From Candidatus Spongiihabitans sp. (GTDB lineage: Bacteria; Pseudomonadota; Gammaproteobacteria; Arenicellales; Poriferihabitantaceae), in contig OZ253450.1 in NCBI GenBank assembly GCA_965261335.1, forward strand, positions 2,694,650 to 2,758,649: 64,000 nt of DNA, given 5' to 3'. The notes under the pieces are model-generated. The model was not told the origin of the DNA. It made no database searches and saw only the letters and a list, made by a program, of their open reading frames with translations. Both the position numbers and the translations under genes were made by a program. Every line of letters begins with the position of its first letter. Positions within the stretch are counted from its first letter, which is position 1. This document shows positions 7,986 through 18,655 of the stretch, piece after piece.

Positions 7986-10583
7986 ATGTCTAAAACAACA
8001 TTAAGTGATTTTGCGAAGCAGATTGGTGTCAGTCTTGATAAACTGACTCGCCAACTCAAAGAGGCAGGAATCGCTGAACGGGGCGAGACAGAGGTCATCG
8101 AAAATGATGAGAAAATGAAACTACTTCAATATCTAAAGGGTAATGAAAACGAGAAGTCGGTTTCCAAAGAGCGTATCTCATTAAAAAGAAAAACCACTAA
8201 TCAGATTAAACAGACTTCCAAAACGGGAGCTGCTCGGACAATACATGTTGAGGTCAAAAAACGCCGCACCTTTGTAAAACGCAGTGTATTGGAGGCAGAA
8301 AAGGTAGCAGCAGAAGAGAAGGCGATGGACCTAGAAGCGCAACAAAAGCGCGTTCATGAAGAAGAGTGCGAAAAAGTAGCAGAAAAAACTAGAGAAGCCG
8401 AACAACAACTAGAAGAGGCGAATAAAAAGGCTCATCAGGAACGGTTACAGACCGAATCTCATGCACAACAAAAATCTGACACACAGTCGCAGCCAGATGC
8501 GCATGTCGATGTGTTGATTGACCCCGAGCAGGCATCAATGTCTGCTAATGTGGCTAATAAGGAGAGAACCACAACAACGAAACCCGTTGCGAAGCAAGCG
8601 AAAACGGATAAGTCGAGTGCAAAAAAAGCCACCTTTGAGCCGCCAAAACCTGAAAGCACAGTTAAAAATAAAGACGATAAACCGAAAAAAGGCAAAAAAG
8701 GCAAGCGCAATGACCGCTCCAAGCGCACTGAACTTCACGCGCTTAAACGCAGAAAAGACAAGTTTCGTCGTCAGCCGAAGCCGAGCAATATCACCTCATC
8801 CATAGCCGACCAACATGCGTTTGAAAAGCCAACCGAACCGACGACTCATGAAGTGGCAGTCCCTGAAGCGATTACTGTAAGTGAATTAGCGCAGGCGATG
8901 TCGGTCAAGGCGGTGGAGGTGATTAAGGTGATGATGGGTATGGGTTCGATGGTAACGATAAATCAGTCTCTCGATCAGGACACCGCGATATTATTGATTG
9001 AGGAAATGGGGCATATTGCTAAAATTGCCGATGCGGATGATCCTGAAGCTTTTATCGGTCAAGATGATAATGCCGAACAGCTACCGCGTTCACCTGTGGT
9101 TACCGTGATGGGGCATGTCGATCATGGTAAAACCTCGCTGTTAGATTATCTTCGCAAAAGTACAGTTGCTAGTGGTGAAGCAGGGGGGATTACCCAACGT
9201 ATCGGGGCTTATAAAGTACCAGTGAACGAGCAGGATATTTGCTTTTTGGATACACCTGGACATGAAGCATTTTCAGCAATGCGAGTCAGAGGTGCTAAAG
9301 CGACCGACTTGGTGATACTGGTGGTTGCCGCAGATGATGGGGTCAAACCACAAACGATTGAAGCAATCAATCACGCTAAGGCAGCAAACGTGCCGATTAT
9401 TGTGGCAATCAATAAAATAGATAAAGAGGATGCCGATGCAAAGCGGGTAAAGCAAGAATTATCCAATTATGAGGTTGTTCCAGAAGAGTGGGGCGGAGAT
9501 GTCTTGATGACTGAAGTATCGGCAATCACGGGTGAAGGAATAACGGCGTTGTTGGAATCGGTGTTACTACAAGCCGAAGTTGCCGACTTAAAAGCACGTT
9601 CGAGTGGCAATGCTACTGGATTGATTATTGAAGCATGGCTGGATCGGGGCAGAGGTTCGGTTGCAACGGTGTTAGTACAGCAAGGTACGCTCAAACAGGG
9701 AGATATTGTGCTTGTCGGTCAGGCAACTGGTCGGGTGCGTGTCTTAACCGATGATCAAGGCAGAAAAATAAATCGAGCAGGTCCTTCCACACCAGTCGAA
9801 ATTCAGGGTTTAACGGGCGTTCCGATTGCTGGAGATGATTTGGTGGTGGTCAGCAATGACAAAAAGGCGCGTGAAATCGCGCTTAATCGTCAAAGTAAGG
9901 TTAAGGAAATCAAGCTCGCACAGCAACAAAAATCAAAAATGGAAAGCATGTTTAATCGCATGGAGGGCGGTGTCATCAAGACATTGAATGTGTTAATTAA
10001 GGCAGATGTGCAGGGATCGGTAGAAGCGTTACGGGATTCACTAGAAAAGCTGTCGATGGACGAGGTTAATGTCAATACCATTCATGGTATGGTGGGAGGC
10101 ATCAACGAGTCGGACGTGAATCTCGCTTTAGCAGCGGATGCCATCATCATTGGCTTTAATGTTCGGGCAGATTCGACAGCGCGCAAATTAATCCAAAATG
10201 AAAGAGTACACGTTTTCTATCACAATGTTATCTACGATGTCATCGATGCGGTTAAGGAGACTATGACTGGAATGCTGTCTAAAGTTTCCAAAGAGGAGCA
10301 TGTTGGATTGGTTGAAGTGCGAGATGTATTCCGAGCCCCTAAAATTGGTGCAATTGCTGGATGTTTTGTTGCCGAAGGCATGGTAAAGCGTCATCTTCCA
10401 GTGCGTGTGTTGCGTGATAATATCGTTATTTTTGACGGTGCTATTGATTCGCTTCGACGATTCAAAGATGATGTGTCTGAAGTCAAAAATGGCTATGAAT
10501 GTGGTATCGGCATTAAGGACTACAACGATATTAAAATTGGTGATCAAATCGAAGTGTTTAAAATTAGTGATGGTACGAGATAA
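7986..10583 (+). CDS. infB: Translation initiation factor IF-2
   Basis: 865 aa. Lys/Glu-rich N-domain, G-domain [24 protein letters not shown] and NKID. Confidence 0.95.
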   Translation: MSKTTLSDFAKQIGVSLDKLTRQLKEAGIAERGETEVIENDEKMKLLQYLKGNENEKSVSKERISLKRKTTNQIKQTSKTGAARTIHVEVKKRRTFVKRSVLEAEKVAAEEKAMDLEAQQKRVHEEECEKVAEKTREAEQQLEEANKKAHQERLQTESHAQQKSDTQSQPDAHVDVLIDPEQASMSANVANKERTTTTKPVAKQAKTDKSSAKKATFEPPKPESTVKNKDDKPKKGKKGKRNDRSKRTELHALKRRKDKFRRQPKPSNITSSIADQHAFEKPTEPTTHEVAVPEAITVSELAQAMSVKAVEVIKVMMGMGSMVTINQSLDQDTAILLIEEMGHIAKIADADDPEAFIGQDDNAEQLPRSPVVTVMGHVDHGKTSLLDYLRKSTVASGEAGGITQRIGAYKVPVNEQDICFLDTPGHEAFSAMRVRGAKATDLVILVVAADDGVKPQTIEAINHAKAANVPIIVAINKIDKEDADAKRVKQELSNYEVVPEEWGGDVLMTEVSAITGEGITALLESVLLQAEVADLKARSSGNATGLIIEAWLDRGRGSVATVLVQQGTLKQGDIVLVGQATGRVRVLTDDQGRKINRAGPSTPVEIQGLTGVPIAGDDLVVVSNDKKAREIALNRQSKVKEIKLAQQQKSKMESMFNRMEGGVIKTLNVLIKADVQGSVEALRDSLEKLSMDEVNVNTIHGMVGGINESDVNLALAADAIIIGFNVRADSTARKLIQNERVHVFYHNVIYDVIDAVKETMTGMLSKVSKEEHVGLVEVRDVFRAPKIGAIAGCFVAEGMVKRHLPVRVLRDNIVIFDGAIDSLRRFKDDVSEVKNGYECGIGIKDYNDIKIGDQIEVFKISDGTR

Positions 10584-10853
10584 TATTGTATGGCTGATTC
10601 AACAGTCTGAATGGCATTGTCGAGGTATTCCAAAGGTGCGTTTGATCTGTTTTTGAAGGAATGTGGTGCTAATAACAGCACCTAAAACATACATTATTTC
10701 ACTTCAAACAATAGATTATATTGTATTGTAAATAAATTGTTTAGAATATCTCCTAAAATTATTCAAACCGATTAGAAAGGATAAGCAAATAGTCGATGTC
10801 TTGTATGAGATGCCGACACATTAGTCACGGGTTGGATTATTATTGAATGAATC

Positions 10854-11210
10854 ATGTTTGAAACAGATCGAACTCGACGGGTTGCGGCACTTATAAAACG
10901 CCAACTTGCACAGCTAATTGCTAGAGAACTGAATGATAGCCGTATCAAGTCTGTTTCGATAATTGCCGTGACAGTCAGTCGGGATTTGAAGAAATCCACC
11001 ATCTATTTTTCAAGCATTGACGAAACGCTACAAGCCCACCAAATAGAAAAATTATTGAACAATTCCTCTAAATATTTACGCCATTTATTGAGTCAACACA
11101 TTGATTTACGTGTAACCCCTCAATTGCTGTTTAAATATGATGATAGCATTCAGCGTGGTGTTGAACTGACCCAGCTCATCGATAAATTGAGCAATAAAAA
11201 TGCCTCCTAA
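10854..11210 (+). CDS. rbfA: Ribosome-binding factor A
   Basis: 118 aa with RVAALIKRQLAQLI.... Conserved position after infB. Confidence 0.9.
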   Translation: MFETDRTRRVAALIKRQLAQLIARELNDSRIKSVSIIAVTVSRDLKKSTIYFSSIDETLQAHQIEKLLNNSSKYLRHLLSQHIDLRVTPQLLFKYDDSIQRGVELTQLIDKLSNKNAS

Positions 11211-12111
11211 GCGAGGACGATATGGGGACGTTGTCAATGGAATGTTATTACTCGACAAGCCAAGCGGGCTTTCTTCAAATCAGGCATTGCAACAGGCGAA
11301 ACGACTCATCAATGCACAAAAAGCCGGTCACACTGGAAGCCTTGACCCGATAGCGACCGGGTTGTTGCCGCTTTGTTTCGGTCAAGCGACCAAAATTTCT
11401 GCATGGTTCCTGAATGCGGACAAATGTTATGAGGTTGAGGTTCAATTCGGTATAAAAACAGATAGCGGTGATTGTGCTGGGGCGGTTATCGAGCAACCTG
11501 ATACGAATATTTCCCTGCCCAATTTGACCCAACTCGACAATGTTCTGCAACAATTTTGCGGTCAAATTGAACAAGTTCCACCCATGTATTCCGCACTTAA
11601 ACGCAATGGCGAACCGCTCTATAAACTCGCTAGACAGGGCATTGAGGTGGCTCGGAAAGCACGGCAGGTTACTGTTTATGCTTTGTCGATTATCGATTTT
11701 CGAAGTAGCTCTGTGGTGTTGCGGGTATTCTGTTCCAAGGGGTTTTATATTCGCAGTTTAGCGATGGATATTGGCGATGCTTTGGGATGTGGCGGACATG
11801 TGATTGCGTTAAGGCGGGTTGCCGCCGGCAATTTTACTATCGAGCAGGCTGTGACCCTCGAGCAACTGGCCGCATTGCAATCACCCGCACATAGACAACA
11901 GCTTTTGATTCCGGCCGACCATGCCCTCGATGACATGCCAAAAGTAACATTGAGCGAAAAAACGGCTTATTATTTTTGTCAAGGTCAAACGGTGCAAGCA
12001 TTAACGCAGCCCAAACTTGGAATGGCGAGGGTCTATGTTGGTCAGACGTTTCTCGGTTTAGGCGAAGCAACCACAGAAAGGACGATTTTGCCGAAACGAT
12101 TATTTGTTTAA
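11200..12111 (+). CDS. truB: tRNA pseudouridine(55) synthase TruB
   Basis: 303 aa with GMLLLDKPSGLSSN and the catalytic GHTGSLDP motif. Overlaps the rbfA end by 11 nt. Confidence 0.9.
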   Translation: MPPKRGRYGDVVNGMLLLDKPSGLSSNQALQQAKRLINAQKAGHTGSLDPIATGLLPLCFGQATKISAWFLNADKCYEVEVQFGIKTDSGDCAGAVIEQPDTNISLPNLTQLDNVLQQFCGQIEQVPPMYSALKRNGEPLYKLARQGIEVARKARQVTVYALSIIDFRSSSVVLRVFCSKGFYIRSLAMDIGDALGCGGHVIALRRVAAGNFTIEQAVTLEQLAALQSPAHRQQLLIPADHALDDMPKVTLSEKTAYYFCQGQTVQALTQPKLGMARVYVGQTFLGLGEATTERTILPKRLFV

Positions 12112-12145
12112 GCACAACGTGTCGCAGGAAAACACGAGAGAAATT

Positions 12146-12221
12146 TGGCTCCCCAGGACAGACTCGAACTGCCGACAAGGTGATTAACAGTCACCTGCTC
12201 TACCAACTGAGCTACTGGGGA
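12146..12221 (-). tRNA. tRNA-Asn (anticodon GTT), CCA encoded
   Basis: The reverse complement tccccagtagctcagttggtagagcaggtgactgttaatcaccttgtcggcagttcgagtctgtcctggggagcca folds by hand into a cloverleaf. It has a 7-bp acceptor stem, GTT in the anticodon loop CTGTTAA, a TTCGAGT T-loop and a 3' CCA. Confidence 0.9.
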
Positions 12222-12628
12222 ACGGAGGGCGAATACTAATTGCAGAGCGTGTTTTGGTCAAGTCATTCTATCAAAATTTAGCGGAAAAACCGCACCTGAA
12301 TCCGATGCAAGGAGAAATCAGATTGTAATTTCCGCTAGGCTACTGCAAAAGCGTTGTACTATAATCGTATGAGGGCGCATCATTTCGGAAGTGCGTATAA
12401 TGCACAGGTCTAGTTATGACGAAAATTTATTATATTCGGATATTGTGCGTTAGGGACTGAGCAAGAAACCATCGTTAGTATGTGTTAAATCCTTGCGGGT
12501 TTAGCTATTTTACTGGGTTCCTGCTTTCGCAGGAACGAAGAATGCTGGGTTTTTGCACTGTCTCGTTAATGGTGTTGTTTCGAGGTAACCTATTGTGGGT
12601 TGCCCATTTATTTTTAGGAAATATTCTG

Positions 12629-13426
12629 ATGCTACAAGTTATTAAACGCTTGTTCGTTCCGATTGTTATGATCGGGTTAATGATTAGTCCATCAAATGCA
12701 CAAGAGGTTGAACTGGACTTGATCCGGCAACTCGTGCGCGAGGAAATTGAACGTCAGCTGAATACCGAGGTGCTGGATTCGGCTATCGAGAAGGGTATTG
12801 AACGCTTTATTCTCAAACAACAAACCCGCGTAGATCAGGAAAGAATCGAACAACAAAAAGCGCAAGTTAATAATTTACGTCCGGTTAATCCATATCGTGA
12901 TCATATTTTCGGTAATCCTGATGCACCAGTCACGATGGTCGAGTATTCGGACTTTGAATGTCCGTTCTGCAAACTTTTTCATTTGACTGCGATTCAGTTA
13001 GTCAAAAACAATCCGCATACACTACGCTGGGTGTATCGTCATTTTCCGCTCGAGTTTCATAATCCCGGGGCACAGCAGCAGGCAGAGGCATCTGAATGTG
13101 TCGCCGAACTCAATGGCAATGATACGTTTTGGGCGTATTCGAACCGCATCTATCAACGTACCCGATCTAATGGCAAAGGCTTCCCATCCGAAAAATTGCG
13201 TCCGTTGGCGGAAGAAGTGGGTGTCAATGGTGATACTTTCAGCGAATGTATGAGTAGTGGCAGGATGACTAACCGTGTTGAGGAAGATTATGAAAATGGT
13301 GTTAAAGTGGGCGTGTCTGGAACGCCTGCCAATATTTTTACCAATCAAAAAGGTGAGATGCGTGTTAGTAACGGTGCAGTGTCGCTAGAGAAGCTACAAG
13401 CTCTAGTTGATGAGCTTTCTCAATAG
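12629..13426 (+). CDS. Periplasmic DsbA-family thiol:disulfide oxidoreductase
   Basis: Signal peptide MLQVIKRLFVPIVMIGLMISPSNAQE. Thioredoxin-fold active site CPFC in YSDFECPFCKLFH. The ATG at 12629 is preferred over the longer TTG-initiated ORF. Confidence 0.75.
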   Translation: MLQVIKRLFVPIVMIGLMISPSNAQEVELDLIRQLVREEIERQLNTEVLDSAIEKGIERFILKQQTRVDQERIEQQKAQVNNLRPVNPYRDHIFGNPDAPVTMVEYSDFECPFCKLFHLTAIQLVKNNPHTLRWVYRHFPLEFHNPGAQQQAEASECVAELNGNDTFWAYSNRIYQRTRSNGKGFPSEKLRPLAEEVGVNGDTFSECMSSGRMTNRVEEDYENGVKVGVSGTPANIFTNQKGEMRVSNGAVSLEKLQALVDELSQ

Positions 13427-13429
13427 TGA

Positions 13430-13567
13430 GAGAACTTTGCACGAGCATTTTTTGTTAGCTAGCAAGGAAAAAGCACACGGAATGAGGGAGTTTATACTTA
13501 TAAATGAGCAATTGAGACCGCTTTTGACACCGCTAGAAGGCAAAAGAACTATCGTGCAAAGCTTCTC
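13430..13567. mobile_element. MITE1 copy C (138 bp)
   Basis: Termini GAGAACTTTGCACGA / TCGTGCAAAGCTTCTC. The interior is collinear with copy A. It starts 3 nt after the DsbA-like stop. Confidence 0.85.
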
Positions 13568-13615
13568 AGTATAGCGATTCGTTAATTATGTTATAGCCGT
13601 TCTCAATGAATTGTT

Positions 13616-14326
13616 ATGATACGTTTGGATGAGATTCAACGATTAGCACAACAACATGGTTTGGTTGTTCGTGGCGGATTTGTGGTGGACGAGGCGGATA
13701 ATGTGCCGTGTATTGAATACGGGGTTGCAGCACTAACACTGGTTTTATTTGGCAATGCTGGTTCTTCGTTATGGGCGTGTTTTTCGGACTCCAATGAATA
13801 CGCTGATGGGTTGCCAGACCCTTTGAATCGTTGGAGCAAAAGAATCGGACAGCAAATGGCTGCTCAGTTGTCGGGGCAGGCGTTGTTTCCGTTTGACAGT
13901 ATGCCGTATCACCCATTCATAGATTGGGCAAAAAAAGCCGAGTCGTTACGATGTTCTAAACTGGGTATGCTCATCCATCCACGATATGGATTGTGGCATG
14001 CCTATCGATTTGCGATTGCTTTGCCCGATGTAATTTCAGAATTAAACGCACAGCATACAGATGATGATATTTGCCAACGCTGTGTTGGGCAACCTTGTTT
14101 AACGGCATGTCCAGTGGGGGCGTTTACGACATCAGGTTATGATGTTGCCGCTTGTTATGATTTTCTCAAACAAAATTCGAATGTGAAATCAGGGTCGTGC
14201 CAACAAAGTGGCTGTAAATCACGACATGCTTGCCCAGAAGGACATGAATTTCGTTACCCTACGGAACAGACGCGATTTCACATGGACACTTTATTGGATG
14301 ACTTGTCGAATCGGTTAGAAAATTGA
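13616..14326 (+). CDS. 4Fe-4S ferredoxin-domain protein of unknown function
   Basis: 236 aa. Single cluster motif CQRCVGQPCLTACP, plus a C-terminal Cys-rich stretch (CQQSGCKSRHACP). Confidence 0.5.
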   Translation: MIRLDEIQRLAQQHGLVVRGGFVVDEADNVPCIEYGVAALTLVLFGNAGSSLWACFSDSNEYADGLPDPLNRWSKRIGQQMAAQLSGQALFPFDSMPYHPFIDWAKKAESLRCSKLGMLIHPRYGLWHAYRFAIALPDVISELNAQHTDDDICQRCVGQPCLTACPVGAFTTSGYDVAACYDFLKQNSNVKSGSCQQSGCKSRHACPEGHEFRYPTEQTRFHMDTLLDDLSNRLEN

Positions 14327-14454
14327 CGCTATGTTGTTCAATTAGGACGCATTAGTGTAAATTGAACGGGCACGATGTGAATAATTTAAATTAAGATTCA
14401 ACGGTCACAATCTGACTATCTTGATGCTAATTAAATCAAAACATAGATTAAACA

Positions 14455-16461
14455 ATGTCTTATCAGTTGGGTATTGATACCGGGGGCACCTACACCGATG
14501 CGGTCATCATTAATGAACAGCAGGAGGTTGTTGCCAAAAACAAAAGTTTGACCACTCGTTTTGACCTAACTATTGGTATCGGCAATGCGATTGCGAGTTT
14601 GCCACAAAACTTATTAAGCGAGATCAATTTGGTGGCGTTATCCACCACGTTGTCAACCAATTCGGTTGTTGAGGGACGGGGTGCGCCAGTGGCTATTTTG
14701 CTTCCCGGCTATAACGAGCAACAAGTCATTAAAAGCGGATTAAACGATATTCTCGACCGTGAGTTGATTATTACGCTGGCAGGCGGACACAGTGCCACGG
14801 GTGTTGAGTTACAACCGCTGGATATCGAGTATGCGACACATAAAATACGCACACAGAATGAGCATGTCTCGGCGTTTTCAATTTCCAGCATATTTGGAAC
14901 ACGAAACTCAGCCCACGAAAAAAGACTACGGGATTTAGTGCATGAACTGACCGATAAGCCGGTCGCCTGTGGGCATGAATTGGTTTCGCGTTTAGGTGCA
15001 CCCAAGCGGGCACTGACTGCAGCACTCAATGCGCGTATGATTTTGTATATCCGCGTATTGATTGATTCGGTGGAATTAATTTTAGCGCAGAACAATATTA
15101 CTGCCCCGTTAATGATCGTAAAAGGCGATGGTTCGCTGGTCAATGCGAAAACTGCATTACAACAACCAGTGGCGACCGTGCTGTCGGGACCTGCTGCCAG
15201 CGTGATTGGAGCCTGTGCGCTGAGCGGACAAAAAAATGCTATTGTGGTGGATATGGGTGGCACAACCACGGATATTGCGATTGTGACCGATGGACAGCCT
15301 GAGTTATGCGATGACGGAGCAAGCATCGGAAATTGGCAGCCGATGGTTGAGGCAATTCGGGTGTTTTCTATTGGCTTGGGCGGGGATAGTGAGGTTCGCT
15401 ACAAAGCGAAATTGGATATTTCCCAGCGGCGAGTTGTGCCAATGAGTTTGTTGGCTCACCAATTTCCTCATGTCATATCGGCAATGAAGCGACAGTTTAA
15501 TGGCTCGCCAACGCCACGAAATAACAAGTTTGCACTCCCCTTGCAGGAAAATGAGGTGTTAATATGCCAACTCAACGAGGTCGAGAGCAAAACGTGGGAT
15601 ATATTGCAACAAGGTCCCATTGAACTCGAACCATTGATTGATAGCGATCGTCCGATGTTGCGAGCGATTGCCCGAATGGAACGCCTCGGGCTAGTTATAT
15701 ATAGCGGGTTCACGCCGTCCGATGCGACCCATGTTTTGGGTATGAGCAATCATTGGAACAAACGGGCCGCGGAGCTAGGAGCAAAAATTTGGGGACGACA
15801 AATGCGTCATCTGTATGGTTATGGCGATTGGCAGGTGGGCGATGCGGTTGCGCCATGCCGTGCGGTGTTTGATTTGGTCAGCCGAAATATTAGCCAAAAA
15901 CTCATCGAAGCGGGCTTGAATAAACAGGGAAAACTGGCAAATGCTCATTCGCGGTACCTAACACAATTATTGGTTGATATTGTGCTTAACCGTGAATCGG
16001 CAAGGAATATCAAGCCATTATTTCAATTACAGTTTGCTAAAGACTATCCGATTGTCGCAGTGGGCGGTCCTGTGGCAGATTATTTTCCTGAAGTGGCCCG
16101 ACTATTGTCGGTCGATTTGCATATCCCCAAACATGCCGATACCGCCAACGCCATTGGTGCAGTATTGGGCGTGGTGGTGCAGATAGCCCATATCACGATT
16201 ACACAACCCGAATTTGGCATATTTTATCTATTCCATAATGATGAGCCAATCCAGTTTGAACAATTGGATATTGCCATTGAACGCGCGATTAAAATTGCCA
16301 AACAGGAGGCGTATGACCGAGCCGTTGCCGCTGGTGCGGTGTCTATTGAAACGCACATAAAACAATCCGCCAATCACGTTAGGCATGACATTGACGGCGA
16401 ATTATTTGTCAGCACGACGATAACGGCAGTCGCATCGGGTCGCCCGAATTGTCTAGTTTAG
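14455..16461 (+). CDS. Hydantoinase/oxoprolinase-family (ASKHA-fold) protein
   Basis: 668 aa. N-terminal GIDTGGTYTDAV phosphate-binding loop and a second VVDMGGTTTDIA loop, typical of the HyuA/OplA family. No HyuB partner is adjacent. Confidence 0.7.
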   Translation: MSYQLGIDTGGTYTDAVIINEQQEVVAKNKSLTTRFDLTIGIGNAIASLPQNLLSEINLVALSTTLSTNSVVEGRGAPVAILLPGYNEQQVIKSGLNDILDRELIITLAGGHSATGVELQPLDIEYATHKIRTQNEHVSAFSISSIFGTRNSAHEKRLRDLVHELTDKPVACGHELVSRLGAPKRALTAALNARMILYIRVLIDSVELILAQNNITAPLMIVKGDGSLVNAKTALQQPVATVLSGPAASVIGACALSGQKNAIVVDMGGTTTDIAIVTDGQPELCDDGASIGNWQPMVEAIRVFSIGLGGDSEVRYKAKLDISQRRVVPMSLLAHQFPHVISAMKRQFNGSPTPRNNKFALPLQENEVLICQLNEVESKTWDILQQGPIELEPLIDSDRPMLRAIARMERLGLVIYSGFTPSDATHVLGMSNHWNKRAAELGAKIWGRQMRHLYGYGDWQVGDAVAPCRAVFDLVSRNISQKLIEAGLNKQGKLANAHSRYLTQLLVDIVLNRESARNIKPLFQLQFAKDYPIVAVGGPVADYFPEVARLLSVDLHIPKHADTANAIGAVLGVVVQIAHITITQPEFGIFYLFHNDEPIQFEQLDIAIERAIKIAKQEAYDRAVAAGAVSIETHIKQSANHVRHDIDGELFVSTTITAVASGRPNCLV

Positions 16462-16551
16462 TCGTGCTTTACGAATGGCATCGATTTGCTTACATCTTGC
16501 AAACGCATTATCAGAATAAGTGGGAATATCGACCGATTATTTTTCCAATAA

Positions 16552-16660
16552 GGGCTTGTCGAAAAATGGCGTTTTTAGCTTGTTATGAATATTTAAGTCC
16601 TTGTTATTAAACATTTTATTTTCTTAAAATTGGATTGATTTTGAATTAACCGACAAGCCC
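16552..16660. mobile_element. MITE2 copy 1 (109 bp)
   Basis: Termini GGGCTTGTCG.../...CCGACAAGCCC. Near-identical to copies at 26646, 28889 and 43434. Flanks are AATAA/AACAA. Confidence 0.9.
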
Positions 16661-16998
16661 AACAAACAATTTCACTGCGACGGTTCCAAGATGAGCAAAT
16701 GCTTGTCTAACAGTACAACGCACATTGACAATGACGGGACTATCCGTCTGACTCGATTGTATGAGACAAACTCCGGTGTTGGCGAGAAAGTATTATTGGG
16801 TCGTAAGTTGGCTGAAAATTGCCTTAGATTAGTTCCGATTGTGTCCATATAAAGGTACAATCGAGATAGGATTAATTTTATTTTTATCGTTTTTGTATCA
16901 TTCATGCCCATTTCCAAGATTGGCAGGTTAGACCGAGCTGTTGGCACGATGCAAAAATTTCTTTGAGTTTTAGTAATATTTTTATATTGGAGTTTTAT

Positions 16999-17430
16999 AT
17001 GGCTGTTGAACGTACTTTTTCCATCGTCAAACCAGATGCGGTTGCTGATAATAATATCGGCAGTATTTATCAACGCCTTGAAGGTGCTGGTTTGCGTGTT
17101 GTGGCAGCACGCATGTTGCATATGAGCCGTGAGCAAGCACAACAGTTTTATGCAGTGCATAGCGAGCGTCCGTTTTATGGTGATTTGGTCGATTTTATGA
17201 CCTCTGGACCTGTGTTGGTGCAGGTTCTGGAAGGTGAAGATGCGATTGCCAAAAACCGTGCCGTGATGGGGGCAACCAATCCAGCAGAAGCGGCAACGGG
17301 GACGATACGTGCAGATTTTGCACATTCGGTTGAACAAAATGCGGTGCATGGCTCTGATGCACCAGAAACCGCGATGACCGAGATTGCTTTTTTCTTTGAT
17401 GACACCGACATGTGTCCACGAACGCGCTAA
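16999..17430 (+). CDS. ndk: Nucleoside diphosphate kinase
   Basis: [15 protein letters not shown]... and [12 protein letters not shown] (active-site His). Confidence 0.95.
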   Translation: MAVERTFSIVKPDAVADNNIGSIYQRLEGAGLRVVAARMLHMSREQAQQFYAVHSERPFYGDLVDFMTSGPVLVQVLEGEDAIAKNRAVMGATNPAEAATGTIRADFAHSVEQNAVHGSDAPETAMTEIAFFFDDTDMCPRTR

Positions 17431-17457
17431 ATAGCAGACGAGAATTGGGAATATAAA

Positions 17458-18615
17458 ATGCCAGTATCTATCAATCTGCTCTCATTAGACCGTGTTGCTA
17501 TGGAAAATTATTTCCTCAATATGGGGGAGAAACGGTTTCGTGCCAAACAGGTTTTACAGTGGGTTTATCAAAGAAAGGTGACCCGCTTTCCGGATATGAC
17601 GGATTTGAGCAAAACCTTGCGTCAAATGCTGCAACAGAACACCAATCTGAATTTGCCCGAAATCGTCAGCCAGCAGCGTTCGACCGATGGCACCTACAAA
17701 TGGTTGCTCAAGCTCAAAGATGGCAATTGTATTGAAAGCGTGTATATTCCAGAACCAGATCGTGGTACGCTTTGCGTTTCTTCTCAGGTTGGCTGTGGTT
17801 TGAATTGTACCTTTTGCTCCACCGCACGACAGGGCTTTAACCGAAATCTTGAAGTCGATGAAATCATTGCTCAGGTGTGGTTGGCGAATCATATTCTCGA
17901 GCGTGTTGGTGACTCAGATGAAGAACAACCAGCAGATTGTGCTGTTAAAAGGCATTCTTTTGTTACCGATGAGAATGATCAACGCCGACCGGTGACCAAT
18001 GTGGTGATGATGGGCATGGGAGAACCGTTACTCAATTTTGACCATGTTGTATCTGCGATGCGATTGATGATGGACGATTATTCGTTTGGATTATCGAGAC
18101 GACGAGTGACCTTGAGTACGGCTGGAATGGTGCCCGTTATTGACCAGCTACGGCAACAATGTCCGGTCAGCCTTGCGGTCTCATTGCATGCTGCCGACAA
18201 TGCGTTACGTGACAAGCTCGTCCCGTTAAACAAGAAATATCCGATTGAACAACTGCTTGATTGTTGTCGTCGATATGTTGACAATAACCGCCGGCGGGTC
18301 ACCTTTGAATATGTTATGTTGAAGGATGTTAATGATAGTCCGCAACAAGCCAGAATGCTGGCGAAAATCCTGCAAGATGTGCCGGCTAAAGTCAACTTGA
18401 TTCCGTTCAATCCGTTCCCCCAAACCCAGTTCGAAAGATCGGATACAGCAACCATCAATCGTTTTCGTGATCTGTTGTTGGCGCAAGATATTTTCACGGT
18501 AACACGCAGAACGCGGGGTGATGATATTGATGCGGCTTGTGGACAGCTCGCAGGTGATTTTACAGATCGCACTAGCCGATCAAGACGGACGCAACAACGA
18601 GTGACGTTATCGTGA
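17458..18615 (+). CDS. rlmN: 23S rRNA/tRNA (adenine-C2)-methyltransferase RlmN (radical SAM)
   Basis: 385 aa with the [10 protein letters not shown] radical-SAM motif, GMGEPLLN and a C-terminal DIDAACGQL. Confidence 0.9.
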   Translation: MPVSINLLSLDRVAMENYFLNMGEKRFRAKQVLQWVYQRKVTRFPDMTDLSKTLRQMLQQNTNLNLPEIVSQQRSTDGTYKWLLKLKDGNCIESVYIPEPDRGTLCVSSQVGCGLNCTFCSTARQGFNRNLEVDEIIAQVWLANHILERVGDSDEEQPADCAVKRHSFVTDENDQRRPVTNVVMMGMGEPLLNFDHVVSAMRLMMDDYSFGLSRRRVTLSTAGMVPVIDQLRQQCPVSLAVSLHAADNALRDKLVPLNKKYPIEQLLDCCRRYVDNNRRRVTFEYVMLKDVNDSPQQARMLAKILQDVPAKVNLIPFNPFPQTQFERSDTATINRFRDLLLAQDIFTVTRRTRGDDIDAACGQLAGDFTDRTSRSRRTQQRVTLS

Positions 18616-18655
18616 GCAATGACCCGAGATGAGCAGAGAATTATATTAGTGGAGA

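Noticed and set aside
8100-8800. Lys/Glu/Gln-rich low-complexity stretch with several overlapping alternative-frame ORFs
   Set aside because: This is the normal charged N-terminal domain of IF-2. The overlapping ORFs are by-products of the biased composition.
10584-10853. Unusually long infB-rbfA spacer with the hairpin GGTGCT-aataac-AGCACC
   Set aside because: The hairpin lacks a U-tract, and there is no ORF or recognisable RNA motif. I could not support any feature from sequence alone.
12482-12628. N-terminal extension of the DsbA-like ORF, and the similar extension of hisG at 47306-47377
   Set aside because: Both extensions begin at non-ATG codons. The DsbA extension precedes a textbook signal peptide that starts at an internal ATG. 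The hisG extension adds a hydrophobic leader absent from HisG proteins.
14709-15326. 205-aa minus-strand ORF
   Set aside because: It lies antisense to the hydantoinase-family gene, whose own frame carries clear ATP-binding loops.
16672-17349. 225-aa minus-strand ORF
   Set aside because: It lies antisense to the unambiguous ndk gene and to AT-rich intergenic DNA. It has no motif and a Cys/His/Arg-rich shadow-ORF composition.
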